From positions 310,001-374,000 of the forward strand of contig JALMLS010000322.1 of the NCBI GenBank assembly GCA_038496445.1: DNA of 64,000 nt. The letters run 5' to 3'. How positions within the stretch are numbered: the stretch's first letter is position 1; every line of letters starts with the position of its first letter. The translations under genes and the position numbers were made by a program. Below the pieces are notes generated by a model, which worked only from the letters and a program-made list of their open reading frames with translations, ran no database searches and was not told the DNA's origin. The stretch is from Trichosphaerium sp. ATCC 40318 (taxonomy: Eukaryota > Protista > Tubulinea). Positions 39,101-51,786 of the stretch are shown piece by piece.

Positions 39101-40330
39101 TTCTTCTGAACATCTGCCAAGTCCGCCAAATGCTCAATATTTCGTGTGAATAAATCACCTTGTGTTAATCCGTTCTTGTCCAAGTATGCAAGACAAATAC
39201 CAATAACAGGAGGGAGCTTGATACGCAAACGAAGCCTATGAGAGGTATTTAGAATGTAAACTTTCGCTTTTGGTTTTCGTCTGCAAGACGAAAAATGCGT
39301 ACGATTTCGTCTGCCTGTACAAAGAACTGTTTAAAAACTTGGGCAAACTGTCCGTGTACATAAGCCTTACAATTGACGCCACAACAGTATCGAACAAATC
39401 CGGTTTAATTGTGCCTTTCTCTACCTAAAATCAACCGAATAAGCGAATAAGATGAAGGAAACGCGTCTTACGTTTGATTTTATTCCCAAACGCTCGGGAT
39501 CGCTTATATTGATCTCCCAATCGCAGTTCGACTCTATAAAACGTTCGTATATATCCAATGCTGCGCTAGGGAGATCAGAGGCATCTTCGGGCAACTAAAA
39601 AAAAAGAGTTAAACCAAAAACAGCATAAAACTTTTTGAAAAAAATAAAATCAAACTACCGCCTCACAAACCCACCAATTTTAAATTTACTATGTACAATT
39701 GTTTAAAACTACGCGCACCCTTCCATATGCTTCAACAGCGATCCAAAAATACAAGTTCTCAGCACAGTATTGTGATATCAAAAACTTCTCAAAAGCACAT
39801 CGTAGCTCATAATTGTTTAATATACGTGTTAATTTCTCTTTCTAGACATAATTTTAATTACTTCAGAAGATAAATCTTTAACGTCTTCGTGTGAACCAAA
39901 TAACGCTATTTTATACGAACCTTATTGGTTGAGACCTCTACCCTCTCGCTGGATAAATCAAGCCTTGGGCTGAGACGCGTTAGCTCAAATAAGAAGGCGC
40001 TCACAATGAAGCCAAAATGTTTTTAATTAAATTGAAAGAAAAAGAAACACATAAAAAAAAGATTATGAGGACTCATTAAACAACGTACCTCATTTTATCG
40101 CGTCTGAGAGCTAATAAAGTGAAAGAGTTGCCAAAATTTTCATTTGTTTTAGAAATGGCATCTAATTGCGGGTGCATACGCTGATGACGTGACTTCTTTG
40201 ATACTTTAGGCCTCTTAGAATGATCTGACGATTTCTTTTTTGATGTCATGAAGTCTCTGGACATCTTGAAGAACTTGCGGCCAGCGCCAGGCGTTCGCCC
40301 AGTTCCCTTGCTTACATGGCGCTCTGCCAT
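36114..40330 (-). CDS. RGS + RhoGAP-like + cNMP + GRAM + cNMP multidomain signalling protein
   Basis: RGS: FEKFLISQYCAENLYFWIAVE...IYERFI...EINIS...DSLPKF. RhoGAP-like: LPPVIGICLAYLDKNGL...DAYVVAALLIRFLRE..PVIP. cNMP: YQKGDILVQPG..IYRIEKG. GRAM: HLYITKSWLCF. Second cNMP: LRPGDIFGEISFL...ATATVKA. Confidence 0.8.
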
Positions 40331-41056
40331 TGGGTCTTGAGAAAGGAAGGGGTTAACTGCTACAATAGCGGAGGTTAACATTGCGTAAGTGAGGCAGTAG
40401 GAGCGTGATTGAATCTTTTTATGCACAATGAACCGTAAGGTAGTAAAACTTTAGTTTGCACTGTTTTTGTTCGTTTTACGCGCGTTAAAACTACGTACGT
40501 TGTATAGAGCGTTCTAGAGAGTTATGGCAAATACTACAAATTAACGAAAACTAGCATAGCCACCTCGGAACCATCTATTGTGTTAATGGCACCAACCTCG
40601 CTGCATGTATCGCTTAGTCAGCAGGATTCATACATTCTTTTAACTATCACTTGCCACAAACGCCCATCACGTCGTTATGTGTACGTTACCAAACCAAACA
40701 CGTTCTTAATGGCGTGTCGTATGGCGTAAAGCTAAAGCGGAATGGGTTGTTTTAAAGTCTGCGTTTCAAAACTATCGCCCAAGCGCTATAAAATGACCTG
40801 TAGATCCGTTTTAGAGGTTGTCATTTTTGAAGAGTACTATTTAACTGCAAAAGCGACCTATAAGCAACGGAACGCATTGAAATGTAACAAGTGCTCATTT
40901 TTGTGGGTTTATATTTATTTTGTACATAATAGATAGGTTGTTTAGCCAAGTGTGCCGAGAGGGTTTAAAAATATATACATACGCGTCGGCGATAGCCACA
41001 ACAAACTTTTAGCCGTCTTTGAGCGGAAAAAAAAAATAAGTATTCACACTTCCATC

Positions 41057-41536
41057 TCACTGCGTCGCTACGATGTGTTGATATACGACCCTTCGCTTGT
41101 CTCTTGTTATACTACAAATAGGAGCCAATTTTGAACCTTTTCTCATTGCGGGCGTTGAGAATCTGATCGTAGACATCCTCCTTCGGGTGTTTGATACATG
41201 TATAGGCGCACGTGGTTGCAAATTCATGTTCATTTTCGCAGCCACCAAAGGTAAAAAGTGCTGTAATTGCAGTTTTTGCCGTTTGTGGTTAGATCTCCGT
41301 TTATGACACGGACTGCTTCTTTTCGGCGTGTCTGTACGTATCCAGAATGTCTCTTGAGCATTATTTGGCTTTGGGCATTGTACCGGATGTGCCTTAGCAA
41401 TTGTAAACTGTAGACAAGCAGCGGCAGGAAGCTTCTTTGGTATCCATGTTGGTGTCACCTTTTGAGTTTTTTTGCTTAGTAGCATGAGCGTAGAAGCTGC
41501 GTCCATTTCTCCCGGTATTGTTGATGTAGATAACAT
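41057..41536 (-). CDS. Intronless basic low-complexity hypothetical protein
   Basis: Open frame of about 160 codons with DAASTLMLL and basic clusters, in a long intergenic region. No recognisable domain. Confidence 0.4.
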   Translation of the reverse strand: MLSTSTIPGEMDAASTLMLLSKKTQKVTPTWIPKKLPAAACLQFTIAKAHPVQCPKPNNAQETFWIRTDTPKRSSPCHKRRSNHKRQKLQLQHFLPLVAAKMNMNLQPRAPIHVSNTRRRMSTIRFSTPAMRKGSKLAPICSITRDKRRVVYQHIVATQ

Positions 41537-42229
41537 TGTATATATATGGGTTGTTTGTATTTGCAATGAAGTACAAAAGAGCTAGCGCTGAGATGCTTCA
41601 GACTTGGTGTACACAAAAAAAAAAGATGAGCCCTACTTGTTGCGCTTTCGTTCACATGCAGTCTTTACTGCAATTTGTTCGGGTACGTCGCTACTCTTTC
41701 TTTATATACGGTCCGATAGATATAGCAAACAAAACCAAAAAGCCATATTGTACCTCAAGGTTTACATCAAATGCCAAAAATACAGAAAAACAAAATTTCA
41801 GTGTAAACTTAGATCTTTTTTTTTTTCTTCTTGCAAAAGCACAACACAAAGTATTAGATAGAAAAGACAAACTCCACGTGTATTTTAGGGGTTATTTTTT
41901 AGAGATAAAAATAATCACATAAACTGAAAAAAAAAAGCCAAACAAAAACCTGAGGTACCTGAGAAGTTAGTAGCTGGAGTTTCCTTTTTTTTTCGAACAC
42001 ACTCTTTCTTGAAATAACGGCTTCAACACAATCGTAACCTGTCGTTTCACCCACTTCAAGTACTGCAAGTATACATAATACGTCTTCACTTTGATTTTAA
42101 ATAACCAACATCAAGTCCATCATGAGAGAGGATTATATAATCTCCTTTGTTTATTTGTTTGGATTTTTTTTTTTTCAAGGTTTTTGGGGAGAGTTGATGT
42201 TATATTATAAGTTCTTATTTAAATACGCA

Positions 42230-45205
42230 CTAGTCATATGGTGTTTTACTCTGTAGTGGGTATTCGGCGTTTTTAGCGTATTTCTCAAGTTTGAGACGAT
42301 CACGTACTACCAAGACGTATCGTGGTGTTGCTTGGTGTTCTAATATATTTGTTTAGTGTTCATTAAACTACTTTAAACAATACTAACGCACTTTTAGACA
42401 CTATGATTTCATCACAAACCAACTCTGTTAAAATTTCATTATGAGACGCTATTTGCCCTTCATAGGTTACTAAAAATAACAAAACTTCAGTTAGCATTAA
42501 CAATAACGGAGGTAAAAGGAAACTACGCAATAAATTGACAGATTTTTTTTTCTTGAAACAAATTCGCGTCTAAGTACCTAATGCGTAGTTGCTTTGATAT
42601 CCGTCTATCATAGGCTTATCAACGAATTGTTCTTCTGTACCAGGACGTTCTGTAAGCTATAATTCTTTTAGTGATAGGTGTCTATTGTTGATTTGATTTT
42701 TTGGCGTTTTTTTTTGTAAATTTGTTTAGACTTCATCTTCTTTGATGTTGTACGGATGATACTTACCGGATATGTATTTCCAGGATACATAACGCTCATC
42801 AATACATATTTATCCTTTTCTTCAACGTTACGTAGAGCATAAGGTATACAACTGAGACGAGAAAAAAAATAATAAGTAAAGGCTCTTGTCACAATTTATA
42901 AAAAAAGTAAGCTTAGGACGTACGTTGTATAGTAGGCACCTCTTCCATACCAAGCAGCTGTTCCATCAACGGGTTCAACACCATTTTTTAGTATATCATC
43001 AAATTCACCAGATACTGGTAGACCAGAAGCAGCAATAATTACAGGAATCTAAAGCAAAGTTTATGTTAACAAAATACCATTTCTGTCCAAAAAAGAAATT
43101 TAACAATAAAACTGAACCTGTCTATTTTCGTTCCATTGAAATACATCTATCCTTTGTCCTAAGGCTTCTGCCATAATATTTCGGTGAGGACATTGTTCTT
43201 CCTTCCACTCTTCTCGTAAAAACGAGTCTGGATTTTCTCTACAAAAAAAAAATGTCAAAAATAAAAAATAAAAGAAAGGCGCTAAGTCGAACAGTCCTCC
43301 ATTTTTTTAATTCTCAATATTTTTTATCACATTATTGAACTCTATTCGAGCCAATACGCACATAAATCTGCGAAAATAAACCAATTGGATTTTTTTAGAG
43401 CATAAAGAAAAATGAGTTTTTCGTAAAAAACCAAAACTACAATCACAACTCCGTACTTTCTCTTCTGTTGAAGATCAACCAAGCTTGAAAGAAAATTGTC
43501 ATCCAAGCTAGGATTATGAACAAGCATAGCCTTAACTATTGTCATTTTATCACCACCAAGCACGTTAAAATAAGATTCCATTCTTCTAAACTCTCTAACA
43601 GCAACAGGATCAGATCTATTCATTAGATCATAACTACATATTCCTCCTTCTGATTTTGGCGTTTTATGCCAGTTTGTTGCGTAGCGTAATCTATAGTTCA
43701 TATCCCATGGTTGACGTAACCTTAGTCCTGCAGAAAACAAAATAAGAAAGTCAATTCTGTAAAACATCAAAAAAAAGGTAAAGACAGTTTAAACTAGAGC
43801 TCGACTAGCCGATTTCTTTGTCCCACTTTTACTAAAATACCACTGTATCACAAGGACATAAAATCAAGGTATTTATAGGGCGTTAGGGGGAAAAGAAAAG
43901 CGACAAAAGTAAAGCGTAGTCGTGTTTTTTGATTTTTAATAATACCTTCTCTAGTTGATGATACATAGTCATCTGGATCTAATGTTTCGTCTTCAAGCTC
44001 TAATATATCTTCTGGCCATTCTGCGTCTTCTTCTAAGGCTTCACTATTCCTCCAAGCATGTAAAGGCATATCACATAATAACCCAATAATAGAAGGCTCG
44101 TGTTCAACCCAGAAACCCTACAGATGTTTTTTAGTTAACTCCTGAAAAAAAAAGGAGAAAAAACTTTCTTCAAAACTAACACTCAACAGAAGTGTCAAAA
44201 AAAAAAGGTAAGTTCCAAACTATGGCGTTGAAATTGTAAACATAGAGTCTACTCTATTTTTAAAAAAAATCTAAATGTGACTGTTGTAATGCGTACATCA
44301 TTTTTCACAATGGCAGGATGGAATTGGCATACAAAATGTGTTATACCTGCTCTCAATGAATTACTATAGTACTCTTGTGCGGGCTATTATAACGTTAGAT
44401 GACGCCACAAGAAAAGGAGAAACCTATCTTTTTCTCCTTACTTGGAGACACTAAAATAAAAACATACCAACTGCCTCAACCATGTCAAAAATCGAGAATC
44501 TTCTTTTGTAGGCAAAATACGCCAAGTTTTTTCAGAGCGGACATATGGAAGTAGTTCATCAATTAATGGACTATGTAATGCAATGCAAAGCTACATAAAT
44601 AAACATTAAAAATAAAGATAAAATAGCGGAGTTTTTATGAACGACGGACGGAAAAAATATCAAGAAAGGAAACCCATAAATTCTCATCAATACGAAAAAA
44701 AAAAAAAAAAACACTTCAAAGTTTATATCACGTGCCATCAATGGCGTATAACCATCATTATCCCTTACTTCTAGGCTACAACCTCTTTCAAGTAGAATTA
44801 CTATTACCTCTCGGGTTTTACTTCCATTTGAAGTTACTATACTTGAGAATCAACAAAAAACAAGCGAAGAAGCCGAAGAACCAAAAGAGAAAACGAAGCT
44901 TTTGTTTGTTTTTTCGAACAAATTGGTTCCTTTAAGGGTTTTAACCCATCAATAGTCTAAATCTACGCGTACAGGCTACGTGCAAGGCAGTTTGGCCTTT
45001 TGCGTTTTGTTCTTGGCCTAAAGAAGCATCCTTCGATAATATAGATGTTACGACATTCGTATTGCTTGAGGAAACTACAAGGACGTATTAGAATAGTGTT
45101 TTAGTATTATGTTGGTCTACCAGCAGTGTGAAGCGCATTGAGAGCTTTCTCGCGTGCGAGTAAGGCACCAAAGTCCTTTAATCGAGGCTTTGGTGACCTT
45201 TTCAT
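42230..45205 (-). CDS. Ankyrin-repeat + PARP-like (ADP-ribosyltransferase fold) protein
   Basis: Ankyrin motifs NAKGQTALHVA and VRDNDGYTPLM|LCI. C-terminal IPVIIAASGL...ILKNG...WYGRGAYYTT..PYA...GYQSNY...DEIIV...QATPRYVL follows the PARP catalytic-domain pattern. Confidence 0.7.
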
Positions 45206-45675
45206 CGTTTTCAATAAAATAAACTGAACTGTGCGTCAAAAACCTTGTACTAGTTGCCAAGTGATGTATGCGAGAGTGTTGTAGTAATCATAATTGTTTT
45301 TCTGCGGAGTGTTGAATAGACTTGGATGGGAAGAGACTTGAGACTGAAATTTAGCTTGAATTGTTGTAGAAAATCTATCTGTACATTGACAGCTACGTCG
45401 TACCTTAATTTATATGGTGTTTATGGTGATAGGAGATTGTAAAACTATACTTTATTGTACACGGGTAAATAAAGGCAAAAAGCCTTTCAGTAGAGCAAAT
45501 TCGTACTAGAATGTGTCAATAAATGGTTTTAAATAACCGAATTAAAACCCACTCTTGTTATCGATAGGGAAGTTAATTTTTGTTTGAGATTTTTGAAAAA
45601 AATTCACTTTTACAGTCGACAAGGGGCGTTAAACTGTAAGGCATACTTGTGATTCATATACCCTTATCTTCCGTA

Positions 45676-48600
45676 ATGGCTCAAGAAGGGGAGACCTCTC
45701 GCCATAGGTCTAGACCAAAGTAATAAAGGAATTTTTTATGTTTTTTTCAAGAAAATAAACTCCTTTTTTTTTGCTCATACGCCTTTGTTAGGTATCGGCA
45801 AAAGACGACAAGGAGGTCTAAAGTTCTTAGACAAGTAGAGCAACGCAAAAACTCAATATTTCAAGATAAAAACTACTGGGCACTGAGACAAGAATTTAAC
45901 AAGGCAAGCTTACTATTGACGCCTTCTCTGACTCCTCAGATCGACGATAAGCAAGATGGAAGCATAAATCCAGTACAAGCAGCTTCTTTATTAAAAAAAC
46001 GTTCGTATACGCATTACTGTTATTATTTTTTATGGATTTAGTATATATCCCCACGTGACAATTAATTCTGTATAACGTGATAGTATTTTTTTTTTTTGTT
46101 ATTGTAATTTGTATTTATTTATGCGTTGTCTTTTTAGTTGTGCCAAAGAGGACTGATGACGAAGTTGCGTACATTCTGAAGACTTCAGGTGATGGAAATA
46201 CGGACCGCTTTACATTTTGGCAATTTTTTCTTAATTGTGCGCTCGTATTTGAGCCTGTCGGTGCGTTTTGATGACTTTGTATTGTGGCGATTAGAAAAAA
46301 AAAAAACACAAAAAACCCTCAAAAAAACCAAAGACCTTGTAACGATTATGATTGTGCTAGCGTAATGCTAGTTGCAATACTAAACAATTTAGGATCACCT
46401 GTATTTCAATCTATCCACATTGATGAGAATTCGAATAAACCAATCAAACCACCCTTAAAACGTGCAAAGACAGGTGATGTGAAGAAAAAGTCTTCTTTAA
46501 AGAAAACCTCAACTTCTATTGGGTTTTCACGTGGAAAACGAATCAAATCGCCTGGTAGTATAGATTCTAAACGTAAGAAAGGTAAAAAAAGAAGAGGAAG
46601 AAATAGAGGAAGAGAAAGAGGCCTTACAACAGATGGAGATCATAGAAAAATAAGAAGTCCAAGTCCTGACAAAAGAAAACGACATGCAAACAATCATTAG
46701 TATGTCCACTTCCTGAACATGATTTCGTAACATATTTGTATAGTACCCTTGGCGGTGCCTCTGCACGTAAGGTTAAAGATAGGATACACCTAAATGATGA
46801 GGTTGGCGTACAAGAAGTTTTTAAGCAGGAAAGTAAAAATGACATTGAAACTGAAACTATGAAGCGTTTAGAAAAGGTTCGTCTACTACGTTATTTGAAG
46901 AAATTGGCGGTTCCCTTTGTATTCTGATTAAGGTCTTAGCTACAAAAGCAGTTAGAAAAGAAGAATAGACAAATTGCTGCAGCCAAGGAGGAACTAGAAG
47001 GTCTTAACGCTATGATAAAAGAACGTGAAAACAAACTTGGTGAAAAACAAAGAGGTAAGCTTCTTAGTTTTTTCGCTTCTTCCGGTTTGCTTGTTTGTTT
47101 TCTCTCTGACCTTCTTTGTTAATTATTAAAGAACTTGATGCTCTTGAGAATTCTGTAGATATTAAAGTCAAGAAACTGTCACATCTGAGTAAACGTATAA
47201 GAGAAAAGAGACATCACTACAAGGATTTAAAAAATCTTATTTCAACACATAAGAGTTTGACAGTAAGGAACGAAGAACAAATAATGCAAGTTGATAGAGA
47301 AAAGAAAAAACGGCCCATAGAGCAAGAGGTAATATTATTGTAATTTCTCTAATCCCATCTAACGATTTCTGTTCTCATAAAGGTAGAAAGAAACACAGTA
47401 AGTGGATGAACTTCAAAAGAAAGAGAAAATGTCACGTGTTTTTTTTAACGTATTTTTTCTTTGTACTTAGAGCTCTCCTGATGCTATACAACCTATTCGT
47501 GTTCAACGTGTTACATTAACTAATGGAAGTCATACTGATGAAAAAAGTGAAACTTCAGCTGAGATTTATAACAACGCAGTTACACCTGAAACTGAAGGTA
47601 AACCTTCAACCAAGATAGCACATTCAGAATCAAACCTTTTGGCAACACCACCTGTTGCTGAAACAGCATCATTATCTGAACGTTCTGGATCAGTATCAGA
47701 AGACCGTTCTGTAAATTCAAGTGCACGTGAACGAAGTGATACAACAGCTAGCTTTGGTCGCGAAAGGAGCGACACAACTGCGAGTTTTGATGTAGAAAAT
47801 AACAATGAAAGACGAAAGCGAGCAAGACGCCATTGGCGTAAGCTAAGCGATACCTTGACTACCAGAGACGACATTAGAAGAGCTAGGGAGCAACATGAGC
47901 GCAATCGAAAAGCAATACAAGAACAAAAGGTAACAACCTGAAGAGAATATGCGAGTTTTCTTTTCATTGACAATCTTTTTGTAGCTCTCAGAGTCAACTC
48001 AGATGTTTGCTAATAATATACAACAAGTAATTGTAGCACAACGGATAGCAAGAAGGTGGGTCGCACGTGTAAGGATTAGGCGGTTAAAAGAACATGGTAA
48101 GCTATTGTGTTTATCTGTTTTTTTATTATTATTGGTTTGCGTTCGACTTTGACCGGTGTCTAGTTATGGAGTTTGTGAGATCAGACGCATCAAAGGCTGT
48201 TAGAAATAGGAATAATGTTATAAGAGAAATATACAGTACCGAGGAGACGTATGTTGGGAAGTTGAAGCAGATGTCACAGGTACGAGTAGTTTTATTCTTT
48301 ACCAAGTTATTTCTGTTTTTTTTTGCAATGTGTCACATGTGACACTTTGGATTATCTCTTGCACTCCTTTTATACTTTTATTTAGGAGTATATTGCTCCC
48401 ATGAGACGTTTGAAGCTTGTGGTACGTCTGAATATTGAGTTCATCGACAAACTTGTTGTATTTCATTGATTTTTTATTAACCTTGTTTGTTAAGACGAAC
48501 ATTGAAATAGAATCATTATTTTCTGATATAGAGATCATTACAGATTTAAATGAACATTTTCTCAAAAAGCTACATGAACGTTTAGCACAGTGGCCACAAG

Positions 48601-50065
48601 TGACAATGTTTGGTGATATTTTTAAGGAAATGGTAAGTCAAACATTTTTCTATTGGTAAATTTTTTGTGCACGTGATTTTTTTCTTTTTAAAATACTACT
48701 TGTAGATGCCTTTAATGAAGCTTTATTTCCGGTATATTAAAGCATATCTAAAAGGAGTTACTATACTGAAAGAAGCGAGAGACAAAAACTCAAAACTGCA
48801 TGACTTTTTAAAGGTACAAACAAAACAAGGAAAAAAAAATGAGTTTAATAGAACTAACTTGTTTCTTTTCAGGAAGCAAAGATAAAATGTGATCTTCATG
48901 ACCTTGAGAACTTTTTGATACTTCCAGGTATTCTTTAGTATAAAAGCAAGAATATAAAATCTAACATATTTTCGTACAGTACAAAGACTACCACGTTATG
49001 AGATGCTTCTTGATGTAAGATGGTTTTTCTTTTTTTTTCCTCAGTTGTTGCTGACAGGGTTCACGCCTAGACATTAATAAAGCACACAAATGAGAGCCAC
49101 GTGGACTATGATAACCTTACACAAGCTTTGGAGAGTGTGAAACAAGTAAACCAGACTATCAATGAGCGAAACGCTGTACGTCTAACAATGGAGTCATAGT
49201 GCAATGTTATTACATTATTTCTATTTAATTTAATTTCGTTTCTAGAGAGCAGATAGATTACGTGATTACAGACAACGTGCTTGTGTTAAACGTCAAGATT
49301 TTAAGTTCGTCACTGGATATCTAGAAGTAAAAAGTAAGTAAAAGTTGTCAGCTCATGAAACACCATTTCATTTCACCAACAAGAAAAAAAATTACTATGT
49401 TTAGTCTGCCTTCTGGTTTTACTTCTTTAGTACTTTTGTTATTGTCCGTTTTTTTAATTCAATTAACATTGCTTGCTAGTTTTGAAAGCTACAAATGTGT
49501 ATCCAATGGACAGCAATGGTACGCTTAACTTGAATAAAAAAAGACTTTAAATACTTTCTTACTCTATAAATAAAGGCCTCTCAGACCCTTTTGCTATTGT
49601 ATCTTATAATGGTAAACAAATTGGTAAAACTTCAGTAAAACCTAAAACTTTAAATCCAGTATGGAATGAGTCCTTTGTGATGTACGTTCATTTCGAGTTG
49701 TTGAATTTTTTTTTGAGTTTGAATGACCGCGTTTACTTACCCTCTGTAGTCCTCTCATGAACAGTGATAAATCAAAGGTTATTACTATATCTCTACTAGA
49801 TAAGGATAAAATAACAACTGAAAATATAGGGATTGTACAGGTCCCAGCAACGTATGTGTTGAACCTTCTTTTTTTTTTTTTCCCTTACTTTTTTTTTGTG
49901 GCTTTCACGTGACGTTTCTTACTTTTTTCTTCCGATAGGCAATACCTTGATGAAGGAACTGATGAACCTACTAATTATTCATTCATCCCTGACAAAAAGA
50001 TAAAGGATGTTGCAACAGTTGGTAAACTAGTTATGCAGATTTTACATCTTCCAGAACACGAATAA
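45676..50065 (+). CDS. EF-hand + coiled coil + IQ + RhoGEF (DH) + C2 domain protein
   Basis: DDKQDGSINPVQ and KTSGDGNTDRFTF EF-like loops. IVAQRIARRWVAR (IQ). RNNVIREIYSTEETYV...FLILP|VQRLPRYEMLL...HVDY (DH). PMDSNG|LSDPF...KTSVKPKTLNPVWNESF (C2). Confidence 0.85.
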
Positions 50066-50433
50066 GATTTGTCCAAACTCTGATCTTATTCCATTATTAT
50101 TATATTTTTTTTTCAAAGTGTTGTAAATAGAACCACGATTTGCTATCGTACAATTGTAAATAGTAATAAAAACTCTTAAAAAAACTCCAAAAAGATAACT
50201 TGCACAGTAAGCACAGGTCATAATGTACATGAAGTTTCAATTCCTTCTAATAGCTAAAAAGCTTCACAACTTCCGAAAGGCCATTTAGTAAAAAATCACG
50301 TGATCATGCTGGGTTTTCGTTTTCTTCAAGGTATCGATTTTGTTTATGTTTGGCCGCTTTAAACCATATTAGCGTTTGTACACGCGGCCACGTTTTGCAA
50401 ATTGAATTTGAAAACTAAATCGAAACTACAGTT

Positions 50434-51217
50434 TTATTTTGTACGGCCTTGTAGCAATGCTATATGTTCTGAATTACTAGTACGTTGGACCGGCTTACAA
50501 GCGTTTGGATCTTCAAACTTGACTACAACGTCAACCACTACATCACGAGCAAGTGGATAAGAAGGTAAATTCACTCTTAAAAGAATCTTTAGTCAACAGA
50601 AAAACAGTACAGCTAAAGTAACTGCCGTACGTTATAGTGGTAGGAGCAGGGATATCAATAGATACACTACCATCTGTTGGTGAAGCAAGGGTTGATCCTA
50701 CGAATGATAGACTTAGCAAAAGCGGAGCGAGGTTCGGTTCAACAAGTGATTGGTCTCGACCTTTGCAAATAGAAAGAAAACTAAAGTTATTTGTACCTAG
50801 TACCAATCCATCGTCAAAATTGCAAGTCAATCTTGTTTCGAAAAGACCCTCGTAATCAAAAACAATTTACATTAAAATGCCGGTAGAATCAATATCAACA
50901 GTAAAGGTTCTCCTTTCAGGAGGAATCAAAGGTCCTTCTATCCAAGTATACTCAACATCTGGAGTACCAGAATCTGGCGAATCAGCATCAAGTACAACAA
51001 ACCCTGGAAGGCTAGGGCCTGTAATGGTTCCAACGCCTCCAATGAAAATAGGACTATTATACATTTGATTAAAGAGCTCGCATGTACCCGTGGTGCCTTC
51101 CGCTGTAGCAACATTATTAGGTTTTGGCTAGCAACTAAACAGCTACGTACGGACTATAGCGCCTACAGGATCTGCTATCAGACTAACTAAGAACAGCAAA
51201 GGTACAATGGGGTGCAT
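50434..51217 (-). CDS. Secreted hypothetical protein, paralogue B (4 exons)
   Basis: MHPIVPLLFLVSLIADPVGAIV signal. Shares FVVLDADSP, VEYTWIE, FTVDID, SPxDGSVSI and ACKPVQR with 24843-25591. Confidence 0.75.
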
Positions 51218-51786
51218 TTGTTGTTAAAAAAACTAGGTGTGAAGACACATATCAATACCGTCTTTCTATGAGTAATGGCATGTGCACTAGATGTCAATTG
51301 TTTATATTTTCTATTTCATATCTTCGTGATGTCTTATGTATTAAACTCCAAAATAGTGGCTTCCATGTGTCAATAACAAACTCTGTGTGACTGCGTTTAA
51401 AACGTAGAAATTAAGAACAGCATTTGGTGGTTCAATACACAAGTTCATTACCCGTAGCTTTTAGAACAAATCTTACTGATTGTCATTTCGTTATATCAAT
51501 ACTAGGCAAATAAATATCCGCGGATACCAGCGCATATCACCTGATCATGTCCTCAGGCAAAACGTTCAAGGCCTAGACATACAAACTAATTTCGCTTGAA
51601 TTAAACATCTACCACTTGAGGCACTATCAACTGTATGTTTCAATTTAAGTGAGTTGTAAATCAATCATGACAGATACAAGATTATCGTATAAGTATCACT
51701 TCAGGAGGAAGTATTACAGAGAAAGATTTGCCCAACAAATTATTAAATAGTACTAACAATCAATATTAGTAAAACAGCCAGTTTAT

